64,000 bases of DNA, from the NCBI RefSeq assembly GCF_006345805.1, contig NW_021832220.1:124001-188000 (forward strand). The letters are read 5' to 3'. This stretch comes from Octopus sinensis (lineage: Eukaryota). Under the pieces are notes generated by a model. The model made no database searches, was not told where the DNA came from, and saw only the letters and a list, made by a program, of their open reading frames with translations. Numbering within the stretch: the first letter of the stretch is position 1; every line of letters begins with the position of its first letter. Shown here piece by piece: positions 37,844 through 49,816 of the stretch. The position numbers and the translations under genes were made by a program.

Positions 37844-37953
37844 TTAATCCACTACTGTAGGGTTGTGAATACTGTGTTGATGTCCAGCACAGCACAGCCC
37901 ATCCAAATGAGGGCAGACAGACGACCCCTCCAAGCTTGATGAAGCAAATCTGT
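37844..37953 (-). CDS. Candidate terminal exon copy 1 of gene B: (D)RFASSSLEGSSVCPHLDGLCCAGHQHSIHNPTVVD*
   Basis: TAG acceptor in phase 1 matches the exon 2 donor. Differs from copy 2 by an in-frame 3-nt indel. The exact acceptor is uncertain. Confidence 0.45.
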
Positions 37954-37999
37954 CTAGAGTAGCGATGAAAATCACTCCTTGCCAACAAAGTTAAAATGG

Positions 38000-40900
38000 A
38001 TTCTTCATGTAAAACGCAGATTAGAAACAGATTAGATCTCATCATCCATCACATGGGTTACCAAGGGATGTGTTCCCCACAGCGGAACCAACCTGGGGTC
38101 GAAAAGTTGAAAATTGGAATAAACTCCTCTGAAAATGATCTTAATGGAAATCAGAACCGAGAAATCAGCCTCCACACCATAAATTCGAAAGGATCACTAA
38201 AAATAGATGGACGTGAGAGGAGTATAAGCAATTTCAGACAGCATTCTACACAGCACAGAACCAACAAGGTCACATTAAGACTGAGTCGTGTTTCAATATT
38301 TGGAGAAAAATGATAGGGGATGGCACCCCTGATTATATTGATGCAAGCAAATTAGAAAAAGTACGTGGAGACATTATGTGTAATAAGCACCTGCCAAAAG
38401 TAGAATTAGAGACAATAAGAAATAATGCCACTACCATCCCAGAAAATCAAGCTGAACTACATGGTACAGGTACTAGGAGGAAAACATTCAACTTATTAAT
38501 ATAGACACCCCTGAACATGATATTGATTTAGGCAACTTAGAACCTGAAGTTGTAGATGGCCGAACAGAAAGTAAAGTAACAGGAAGTAGAAATGAACCTG
38601 AAGCGGCAATGGCTGATGCATTTGCTGAAGCCAATAAAGAGAAAATACTTGAGGCAAAAAAGGATATCCTGTGAGAGCGAGGAATCCCTAAACATCTCGG
38701 AATGAGGGTGCTCAACTACCAAAATTTCAAAAAACCAAGTCAAATCACTGTACGATCAAAATATATGACTTTGCCCTGAAGCAGCTTCTCCTTGAGACTG
38801 AGAGTGATTTAACTCCATTAAACCACCTTATGTACTCAACAGCTGCTGCTGTCACAAAGAAAATGGGCAATGTCAAAATAAAGAAAAAGGCTCACAAAAA
38901 AGCACATGACTATTGAAGGTGGAAAGAGCGCATAAATAAGGCAATCGAGAACTTCCAATTGGAATTATCGATCTCAGACAAACTCTCCAAAAGAAATATT
39001 GTAAAGACAAGAATGGCTAGAAAGATACAGTGAAAATACAATCGGATAAACTTGAATGAAGTACTGAGAGCAAAAGAGATGGTTACGCATAACATGCAGG
39101 TCCAACGCTTATGGAAAGAGAAACAAATTTTACAAACAAAATAAGATATTTAAAATTGATGTTAAGAAATTTTACAGTGAGTTGGGGAAACAATCGATCA
39201 AAGTAAAAGACTCACCTGATACATATATATATGGAGCAGAAGAAAGGAATTCAATAAGGAAGCTGAATGGGTTGGGAGAGAAGAAAGAATGGCTAAAATT
39301 GAAGGTCAGGGATGCAACGATGTTACAATGCGGGAACTGAGTTCTATCTAATACTCATAAGTGGAGGTCTCCTAGACATGATAAAATTCCAAACTTCTGG
39401 CCTAATAGCCTCTCATCAACACACCGTTAGTTAATGGAATGCTTCTCTAATGTCATCAAAAGCCCCGAAAAGACTCCAAGCTGGCTAACATTAGGGATAA
39501 CATACCTACTCCCTAAAACAAGTAGTACAAAAACCAAAAAACTACAGGCTGATAACTTGTTTGATTGACTGCTATGTACAAAATACTTACATCCATCCTC
39601 ACCGAAAGGATGTATCAATTTCCCTATGAAAATAGCATCCTTCTCCTTGAACAAAAAAGAGTGCAAAAGGAACTCATACGTTTGAAAAGATCAGCTATTA
39701 ATAAACCATGTGATACTTGAAAATTACTCATCCAAAAAACGAAATCTTAGCACAACATGGATTGACTATGGTAAGGCATTTGACAGTGTCCCACATAGCT
39801 GGATATTAATGATACTAAATACACACAGGATCACTCCTTTCTTAAAAGCTTTTCTACAGCACAGTATAGGACTGAGGAACACAAAATTATTTCTCAATAA
39901 AGAGTATCAAAATATTCCAAGGCGATTTACTTTTCCCTCTCTTTTTCGGTCTTTCTCTCATTTCCTTGTCCCACGAGCTAAATAGAACAAATTACGGTTA
40001 CAAAATGTTTGACAAGATCATCTCACACTTGTTCTCCATGGATGATCTGAAATTAAATGCAAAAGACGACAAAGATCTGAAAGGGCTACTAGTAAATGTG
40101 GAACATTTCAACAATGACATTAGCATGGAATTTGGCCTTGACAAGTGCGCAAAAGCTTCGTTCATATGTGGTAAATTGAAAGCTAATAGCACGACCCAAC
40201 TTGATCAGGATACATCTATCAAGGACCAGGACCAAGAAGACTTTTATAAGTATCTTGGGATACAGGAAGGGAAAGGGATTCAACACGGATCAATGAAAGA
40301 GAAGATCAAGAAAGGGTATTAAAGACTGTCAGAGGGGACCTAAATACTGAGCTGAACTCAAAGAATAGAATTGTAGCTATGAACTCACTGGTGGTACCAG
40401 CTGTCCAGTATACATTTAATGCGATGAATTGGAATCTGAGTGATCTCCAGCATTTGGATATAAAGACCAGTAAACTGCTGGCGAGAAACAAGATGCACCA
40501 CTCAAAATCAGACGTCCACAGGCACTATCTTCCATGAAAGGAAGGCGGCAGAGGCTTTATCCAGCTTGAAATGCCCTATGAAACAACCACAATAGAATTC
40601 CAAGTAACACCGACTGGATGATACAGCTGGGAAGACAACATGAACAGAGTAAAAACTGCACTCAATCTCAAAGAGGCATATAAATAGAGACGAGAGCTTA
40701 ACTCCACTGATTATGATGATGATAGGACACATCACTCACTAAGGCAGCAAAAAAGTATAAAACAAAAGATAGACAAGAAATCTTGAACAAAACATCGTGA
40801 CTGAGGCAAGAAAACCATTGGACAATGCCCCAAACAAGCTGGGGAAGCTGATGTAGATGTAAGAAGAACCCATCAGTGGCTGCAGTCAGTTTGAAAGCCG

Positions 40901-41745
40901 AAACAGAAGAATTTATCCTAGTGGCACACAATCAGAGTCTCCCCACTTGGAACTGTCAATCTAATGCCATACACAATGAAGTAGTCACAAAGTGTAGACT
41001 CTGCAATGACAAACTTGAGAGTATTGATCACATCGTTGCTGGCTGCCCTTACAGGATATAAAACCAGGCCAATATTTGCACTGGCCTCATATACCATATC
41101 CCGCCCACTAAGAACTAGTATGAACACCATCCAGAGCCAGTCACTGAGAGAGAAAATGTTACCATCCTATAGGATTATGGGATACAAACAGGCAAATAAA
41201 TGCTAACAGACCAGATATCGACATCAGAGATATACAACAAAAAAACTGCCTGTTAATTGATATGACAGTGCTTACTGATAGAAACATCTCAGCAAAGGAA
41301 TTTGAAAAATTGTCCAAATATAAGAACCTTGAGACTGAGATATCTTGGATGTGGCAAGTAAGAACGTGTATGAAAATCCATATAGCATGCTCTGGTGACA
41401 ACAGGATCAATGTGAAAGAAGGAGAAAAATAAACAACTATAACAATTTGAAGTGGGAAATACAAAGGTTGTGGTCAATGAAGAGGGAAGATGTGGTACCA
41501 ATAGTAATTGGTGCACTTGGCAGTATCATCACTCAACTGCCAACATGGCTGAAAAAGATCAATGCGAGTGTGAAGGTAGAACACCTACAAAAATCAGCAT
41601 TACTTGGAACTGCGAGAATTCTTTGCGAGGTTCTTGAAGCATTCTCAGTAAACATGTGTCACCCGTGGACAGCTGACATTTTCCATCATATCCAGCAAAA
41701 TAAGCTGTGAGTTTGCATATAATAATGATAATAATAATAATAACA
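38000..41745 (+). mobile_element. Long degraded Dong/R4-like LINE
   Basis: WIDYGKAFDSVPHSW, FSMDDLKL, MEFGLDKCAK, YKYLGI, ETEEFILVAH, PIVIGALG; ends in (TAA)n at about 41720-41745. Confidence 0.9.
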
Positions 41746-42389
41746 ATCTTGCTATAATGGGCATTATGTCCATTTCTCTTTTCCCTCTTCATGCTCAAAT
41801 GACTGGACCAATGGTCGGGATTATGAAGCAGGTAATCAGGAAGATTTTTAGCAAAAAAAGTGTGAAAAAGTATGATTATTTAGTGGATATTGTGATTTGT
41901 ATTACTAAATCACCTTTGATTTTTTTTGTTTTTAAATTCCGGCGACGAGGATTAACTTTGGAATCCCCCCATCCCGTATAGTTCATGAATTTAGAGGGTT
42001 TAGATTTGCAATAATATCCCTTTATTTCCCATCGTAGATGAGGAGATTTGCTATCTTACTATAATGGAAGTTACGTCCGTCTCTCAATCTCTTTGTCTGT
42101 TCCCTCTTCACAGCTGGACCAATTGTTACAATAGTTTTCAGGATTACAAACACGGTCGTAAGGAAGGCTTTTAGCATTAAAACATCACAAAGTATGATTA
42201 TTTTGTGGATATTGATTTTTGAATTGCTAAACTACTTTCGCATATTTATGAAAAAATTCACCAACCACGAGTAACTCTGGATTTTCATTGTATAGTTCGT
42301 GGCTCCATCGTAGATACGAAGGGGGTCATGAGGACGGTTAATAGCAAAAATAAAATGGAAAAAGTGTGTGTCAGTATACAAGGTCTCGA

Positions 42390-43147
42390 GCAAGATTCGA
42401 AACCGCTAATCGAAGCAGCTGTTGTTTACATCTCAGTTTTGTCGATCAAAATAACCCATGGTACAAGAACATCCAGACATTATTTGCACAGAACAGTAAG
42501 CGGCAAGTCTTAGTTTAAATATTTGCAACCCTAATGATTCAGCATGCACATTTACAGTAAAGAAGACACTGGGCCAGGCTTTAGATTGTGTAGGTGTATT
42601 TTTACCCACTCCAATGTTTACATGTGGCCAATTACACATCGCAATGAGTAGAGCAACTTGAAAATTAGTGTACACCAAACAGAAAATATCGTCTACAAAG
42701 AAGTTTTGTAATCATATTGATTTTATCGAAAGGAATATGATTCATAATTTAAATAAGGAAATTTGTGAACTTTGAATGTGTAAGAGTATAAACCAGCATA
42801 AAATAGTGTAAACAACTAAAATAAAAGTATATCTAAATAACAATTTTTTCTTAATACTTTTTATGTAGTGGTTGAAAGAAGCTTTGGCTTTCGTTAGGAG
42901 TGGTCCACATAACCATTCATGATACAGAGGCTGGAAGCCTATTTCAGTTTGGGAGTGGATCATCATCACGTCACTTAATCGCAAACACATGTCATATAGC
43001 TGCTATAGAATGCTGTATTACCAACAATAATGTGATTTTCCCAAGACATCACCCAGTAATCTATCATGGACTTATCTCAATACATACTTCTGTTATGACT
43101 TCCTTCCCTCGTTTTATGGCCCCATCGTAGACGGATAGATTTGCTAG
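42390..43147 (+). mobile_element. Helitron remnant (PIF1-type helicase C-terminus and 3' end)
   Basis: FTVKKTLGQALDCVGVFLPTPMFTCGQLHIAMSRA and TENIVYKEVL* (ending about 42712); hairpin ccatc-gta-gacgg followed by CTAG 43144-43147. Confidence 0.75.
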
Positions 43148-43196
43148 AAATAATATCAACAACAGAAAATAAGTAACTGTTATATTAAGAAACTAT

Positions 43197-43603
43197 AGGC
43201 GCAGGAGTGGCTGTTTGGTAAGTAGCTTGCTAACCAACCACATGGTTCCGGGTTCAGTCCCACTGCGTGGCATCTTGGGCAAGTGTCTTCTGCTATAGCC
43301 CCGGGCCGACCAATGCCTTGTGAGTGGATTTGGTAGACGGAAACTGAAAGAAGCCTGTCGTATATATGTATATATATATAAGTGTGTGTGAATATGTTTG
43401 TGTGTCTGTGTTTGTTCCCCTAGCATTGCTTGACAACCGATGCTGGTGTGTTTACGTCCCTGTCAAAAGAGACCGATAGAATAAGTACTGGGCTTACAAA
43501 GAATAAGTCCCGGGGTCGATTTGCTCGACTAAAGGCGGTGCTCCAGCATGGCCGCAGTTAAATGACTGAAACAAGTAAAAAGAGTAAAAAGGAGTAAAAA
43601 GAG
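43197..43603 (+). mobile_element. tRNA-derived SINE, full length
   Basis: A/B-box-like head (gagtggctgtttggt, ggttcagtccc), cttgggcaagtgtct core, internal microsatellite and (gagtaaaa)n tail. Confidence 0.88.
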
Positions 43604-43869
43604 TACACAATTACAAAAACTCTAAAGTACAGGAAAATTTCACTAAACATTGTAAAAAGAAAAAATAGATCAATGGTGTATACACAGGGTGCCAAATTTC
43701 TGGCCCTCATCGCTCCCGTGTGCACACGAAAATTTAATTCAGCTGTTTAATAAAATTATGCGGGATCCTAAGAAAAATGCTTAGTTGATTAGCAAATAGT
43801 ATTACTTACCTACTCCAAAAGAATAATGAAGCCAAAATTTTAAAAAACCTATATAAAATTTTAACATCT

Positions 43870-46560
43870 GTCTTCGTGGAGTAAACATATACATTTATGG
43901 AACTGGACAATATTTTCCTCACTGAACAAAAAGGGTACCGTCGAGGCTCATATGGATGCAAAGATCAACACCTAATTAATCACATGATCCTGAAGAACTG
44001 TCACAACAATTGCAGAAATCTCAGTCTTGCATGGATTGATTTAAAAAAAGGCTCTGAACAGCATATCGCATTCATTGATCTTGAAATCGCTGGACATCTT
44101 CAAAATTTCTCCAGTAATTTCAAACTTCCTGAAGCATAATGTGACATTGGGGAATACAAATCTCACTATATTGGGGTGATAGCTTCAAACAATATTATCA
44201 TCAATTGTGACATTTTCTAAGGTGACTCACTTTCATCTCTAATTTTTTACATAGCTCTAAAACCCCTTACAAATGAACATAACAGAACAGGGTATGGGTG
44301 TAAACTTGACATTAAGAAAATAAGCTATCTATTTTATATGGATGATGTAAAATGCTATGGCAAAGATAGTAATAAGCTTGAAGGTCTATTACGTACTGTG
44401 AAAGTATTCGTTGATGATATCGGGATGGAGTTTGGTATTGATAAGTGTGCCAAGCCCACTTCCCAGAAATGGAAATTGAAGACCACAAATTCAGTTGTAT
44501 TAGATGTTGACCACTTTCCATACCTTAGAAGTTTGCTTTCGAATAAGTGCACATCAGAAGAGGACCTGGAGAACCGATTAAGAGCAGCTCACACCGCGTT
44601 TGTTGGACTCGCAAAAGGGTCTTTAAGAACAAAGATCTGAACCACAAAACAAAATTGAGTGCCTACCAAGCAGTTGTGATCTCTACTCTCCTCTATGATT
44701 GTGAAATCTGGACTCTTTACTGAAGTGACATCAAAAAACTAGAGTGATTTCATCAGCAGAAGCTCTGCTCTTTATGAATATCAAATGGAATGGTTATGTT
44801 ACCGATGTTTCCATTTTGGAGAGAACTAAAATCAGTAGCATCGTGGCTACCATCCTGAAACATTGTCTGAGATTTGCGGGCCACATAACAAGAATGAAAG
44901 AAACCAGGCTGCCGCGTTAAATTTTATATGGTGAACTTTCCACTGGAAGACGACTCCTTGGCCTTCCCCTCTGTCGATACAAAGATCAACTGTAGCAAAG
45001 CCTAAAACTGACTGGAATCAATCCCAAAGCTTGAGACATTGAAGTTCAGGACAGGCCCTGCTGGCATCATTCCATCTCCACTGTGACATTTTGAAGCTGA
45101 ACGACAGAAGAAAGAGAAAGAGGAATGACAAGAAATAAAATGGAGGCTGCAATGACCAAAGTCTCTATCATGGATCTCTTGTGAAATTTGCACCAGACGC
45201 TTCCATCCAAGAATCGGCCTCATTAGTCATAAGAGGCATAAACCCGAACAGAGGAGAAGAATTTGTCAAGAAGAAAGCAAATAAATTATTGGACATGATA
45301 AAATGCCACCGAGATGTTGACAAAGTTATAAAAGAACTTCTGCCAGAACAAATCAGAATAAATGAAGACTGTGGTATTTAACATGCAATCATGAAAGGGA
45401 AGATCAGGAAGGAATGTTCTAGGAGAGTTTGAGCAGTCTTAAAATCTGAGCTAAATGCACATAAATTTCTTAGCAGTTCCAGTTGTTACTTATAAATATA
45501 ATGCGTTGAATTGGAATACCACTGAAGTGAAGAAAATCGACAAAAATACGCAAGTTGCTCATTTGTAATAAGATGCACCATCCAAAGGTAGATGTGGATC
45601 CTTTTTACCTTCTCAGAATCCATGGAGGTCAAGGCCTGATCCAATTTGAAACAACAAACGACTGGATGCTAAAACTCATTGAAAACCAAGAGAGACGTAA
45701 GAAACTTCATTCTGTCATAAAGGAGAGCAAAAATAAAAATGATGTTGATTTTACACATGATGCCCAGGCTGGACAACCTGAGGGAAGTAAAATGCGTACA
45801 AGCAGTTGGCTGATAGGTGGGAGCAGAAATCACTGCATGGCAAATATGTGGTCTGTAGCAAACAAAATGATGTAGATCAGAAGCACACCCATCTGTGGCT
45901 ATGGTGTTCAGGGCTAAAGGTAGAGAGCGAGAGCTTCATATTAGCTGCCCTGTATCAAAACTTATTGACCTGGAAATACCAAGCCAATATGAAGAAAATG
46001 GGAGTTGATTCAAAATGCAAATTCTGACAGGATATAATTGAGTCAGTGAACCACCTACTCTCTAGATCTAAAGTTTTAGTACCAGCAGAGTAAACATCAA
46101 AACACGACAGAGCTAGCCTATATCTACGCTGGTTAATATGACAGTATTATAAAGTCAAAATTACTGACAAGGTTTATAATCACCGCCCTAAGGTTGTAAC
46201 AGAGGAAGAAAATCTAACGATTCTTTGGGACTTCCATGTCCAGTACATACAGTCAGAAACCATCAAAGCTAATAAACCGGATATTGTGAAAGACCAAAAC
46301 AATAAAGTTTGTTTATCGATCAACATGAACATTCCTTGTGAACATAATATCTTGGAAAAAGAATTAGACAAGCTCAGAAAATTTAAAGATTTTGCTCATT
46401 CAAATTGAAAAAATGTGGCATTTCAAGGCGGTTACAATACCAGTGATTGTAGGAACACTAAGAATGATCAAAGAAGGAACTCAAAATTATATGAGAATGA
46501 TCCCTTGTTTACCAAGAAGTACAAAAGATTGTTTTAACTGGAACGTCACATGTATTAAGA
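43870..46560 (+). mobile_element. Degraded Dong/R4-like LINE interrupted by an RTE fragment
   Basis: EQKGYRRGSYGCKDQ, YMDDVK, MEFGIDKCAK before 44480; MHHPK.D, KSLHGKY, KPDI, PVIVGTL after 45290. Confidence 0.85.
44495..45270 (+). mobile_element. RTE/BovB-type 3' fragment nested in Dong
   Basis: VDHFPYL.SLLS..R.RAAH.AF, TLLY.CE.W, GHITRM...P..ILYGEL..G.R..G.P, C-terminal CTRRFHPRIGLISH. Confidence 0.8.
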
Positions 46561-46685
46561 AGGGCATTGTCGATGTGATTGCCACCATGCATTTGTTTGT
46601 GAGCATAACTTCATTTCATTTTGAAAATGAACAATGTAGTGTGTTTAATTTAGTGGTCTATCAATATATACAGCATGTATGTATG

Positions 46686-46727
<42 letters not shown>

Positions 46728-46874
46728 ACACAAATATAAGAGAGTGGTCAATATATTGCTCACTCTAGCACCAGTTAATCCAAAAGGTTTCAACCACGAA
46801 GATACATGTTTCCCATGAAAGCCAGTACGACTGTTAGCTCACACGGACAGGGCAAGTAAAAAATAACAAAAATA

Positions 46875-46970
46875 CAGATTATTTTGGGATAATTGTTTCG
46901 CTATTAATGAATTAAATGTAATATTACTTACAAAAAAATCCATTTGTAGCTCGTCAGCCAAGACTATCTG
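46875..46970 (-). ncRNA. Hammerhead ribozyme, inverted unit, stem III variant (G16.2 to A)
   Basis: Reads GAAAC-AATT-ATC instead of GAAAC-AATT-GTC; position 46890 is t where the consensus predicts c. Confidence 0.8.
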
Positions 46971-47581
46971 GATGAAATCCACTCAATCACACGCCAGATT
47001 TTACCATAACGATAAATACGCGTGTGGTTCAATTGATTACATCCGACGTTATAATTCAAATGCCCCAACCAACAGCGCGCCAAACTTTCACGGAAAACAA
47101 ATACAGCATTTAGAAATAAATGCAGCATAATTATAATTAATTAATAAGGGTGAGAGAATTAGATACTAATTTAATAGTATATTTATTCAACACCAAGTGG
47201 CCTAGTGCTACGAGAAACCTGGATTATTATAATATTTTATAACATATTACAATACTTTTACAAAACAAATATAAGAGAGTGGTCAATATATTGCTCACTC
47301 TAGCACCAGTTAATCCAAAAGGTTTCAATCCAGGTTTCTCGTAGCACTAGGCCACTTGGTGTTGAATAAATATACTATTAAATTAGTATCTAATTCTCTC
47401 ACCCTTATTAATTAATTATAATTATGCTGCATTTATTTCTAAATGCTGTATTTGTTTTCCGTGAAAGTTTGGCGCGCTGTTGGTTGGGGCATTTGAATTA
47501 TAACGTCGGATGTAATCAATTGAACCACACGCGTATTTATCGTTATGGTAAAATCTGGCGTGTGATTGAGTGGATTTCATC

Positions 47582-47677
47582 CAGATAGTCTTGGCTGACG
47601 AGCTACAAATGGATTTTTTTGTAAGTAATATTACATTTAATTCATTAATAGCGAAACAATTGTCCCAAAATAATCTG
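47582..47677 (+). ncRNA. Type I hammerhead ribozyme, unit 1
   Basis: cagatagtcttgg-CTGACGA-gcta...tagc-GAAA-C-aatt-G-TC/ccaaaataatctg; cleavage predicted after 47664. Confidence 0.92.
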
Positions 47678-48116
47678 TATTTTTGTTATTTTTTACTTGC
47701 CCTGTCCGTGTGAGCTAACAGTCGTACTGGCTTTCATGGGAAACATGTATCTTCGTGGTTGAAACCTTTTGGATTAACTGGTGCTAGAGTGAGCAATATA
47801 TTGACCACTCTCTTATATTTGTTTTGTAAAAGTATTGTAATATGTTATAAAATATTATAATAATCCAGGTTTCTCGTAGCACTAGGCCACTTGGTGTTGA
47901 ATAAATATACTATTAAATTAGTATCTAATTCTCTCACCCTTATTAATTAATTATAATTATGCTGCATTTATTTCTAAATGCTGTATTTGTTTTCCGTGAA
48001 AGTTTGGCGCGCTGTTGGTTGGGGCATTTGAATTATAACGTCGGATGTAATCAATTGAACCACACGCGTATTTATCGTTATGGTAAAATCTGGCGTGTGA
48101 TTGAGTGGATTTCATC

Positions 48117-48212
48117 CAGATAGTCTTGGCTGACGAGCTACAAATGGATTTTTTTGTAAGTAATATTACATTTAATTCATTAATAGCGAAACAATTGTCC
48201 CAAAATAATCTG
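48117..48212 (+). ncRNA. Type I hammerhead ribozyme, unit 2
   Basis: Same motif; GTC 48197-48199. Confidence 0.92.
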
Positions 48213-48651
48213 TATTTTTGTTATTTTTTACTTGCCCTGTCCGTGTGAGCTAACAGTCGTACTGGCTTTCATGGGAAACATGTATCTTCGTGGTTGAAAC
48301 CTTTTGGATTAACTGGTGCTAGAGTGAGCAATATATTGACCACTCTCTTATATTTGTTTTGTAAAAGTATTGTAATATGTTATAAAATATTATAATAATC
48401 CAGGTTTCTCGTAGCACTAGGCCACTTGGTGTTGAATAAATATACTATTAAATTAGTATCTAATTCTCTCACCCTTATTAATTAATTATAATTATGCTGC
48501 ATTTATTTCTAAATGCTGTATTTGTTTTCCGTGAAAGTTTGGCGCGCTGTTGGTTGGGGCATTTGAATTATAACGTCGGATGTAATCAATTGAACCACAC
48601 GCGTATTTATCGTTATGGTAAAATCTGGCGTGTGATTGAGTGGATTTCATC

Positions 48652-48747
48652 CAGATAGTCTTGGCTGACGAGCTACAAATGGATTTTTTTGTAAGTAATA
48701 TTACATTTAATTCATTAATAGCGAAACAATTGTCCCAAAATAATCTG
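48652..48747 (+). ncRNA. Type I hammerhead ribozyme, unit 3
   Basis: Same motif; cleavage after 48734. Confidence 0.92.
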
Positions 48748-49186
48748 TATTTTTGTTATTTTTTACTTGCCCTGTCCGTGTGAGCTAACAGTCGTACTGG
48801 CTTTCATGGGAAACATGTATCTTCGTGGTTGAAACCTTTTGGATTAACTGGTGCTAGAGTGAGCAATATATTGACCACTCTCTTATATTTGTTTTGTAAA
48901 AGTATTGTAATATGTTATAAAATATTATAATAATCCAGGTTTCTCGTAGCACTAGGCCACTTGGTGTTGAATAAATATACTATTAAATTAGTATCTAATT
49001 CTCTCACCCTTATTAATTAATTATAATTATGCTGCATTTATTTCTAAATGCTGTATTTGTTTTCCGTGAAAGTTTGGTGCGCTGTTGGTTGGGGCATTTG
49101 AATTATAACGTCGGATGTAATCAATTGAACCACACGCGTATTTATCGTTATGGTAAAATCTGGCGTGTGATTGAGTGGATTTCATC

Positions 49187-49282
49187 CAGATAGTCTTGGC
49201 TGACGAGCTACAAATGGATTTTTTTGTAAGTAATATTACATTTAATTCATTAATAGCGAAACAATTGTCCCAAAATAATCTG
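49187..49282 (+). ncRNA. Type I hammerhead ribozyme, unit 4
   Basis: Same motif; cleavage after 49269. Confidence 0.92.
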
Positions 49283-49721
49283 TATTTTTGTTATTTTTTA
49301 CTTGCCCTGTCCGTGTGAGCTAACAGTCGTACTGGCTTTCATGGGAAACATGTATCTTCGTGGTTGAAACCTTTTGGATTAACTGGTGCTAGAGTGAGCA
49401 ATATATTGACCACTCTCTTATATTTGTTTTGTAAAAGTATTGTAATATGTTATAAAATATTATAATAATCCAGGTTTCTCGTAGCACTAGGCCACTTGGT
49501 GTTGAATAAATATACTATTAAATTAGTATCTAATTCTCTCACCCTTATTAATTAATTATAATTATGCTGCATTTATTTCTAAATGCTGTATTTGTTTTCC
49601 GTGAAAGTTTGGCGCGCTGTTGGTTGGGGCATTTGAATTATAACGTCGGATGTAATCAATTGAACCACACGCGTATTTATCGTTATGGTAAAATCTGGCG
49701 TGTGATTGAGTGGATTTCATC

Positions 49722-49816
49722 CAGATAGTCTTGGCTGACGAGCTACAATGGATTTTTTTGTAAGTAATATTACATTTAATTCATTAATAGCGAAACAATT
49801 GTCCCAAAATAATCTG
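49722..49816 (+). ncRNA. Type I hammerhead ribozyme, unit 5
   Basis: Same motif with one A missing in loop 2; GTC 49801-49803. Confidence 0.92.

Noticed and set aside
47700-47760. Second GAAACATGTATC motif inside the 535-bp unit
   Set aside because: No CUGANGA core or matching stem I upstream.
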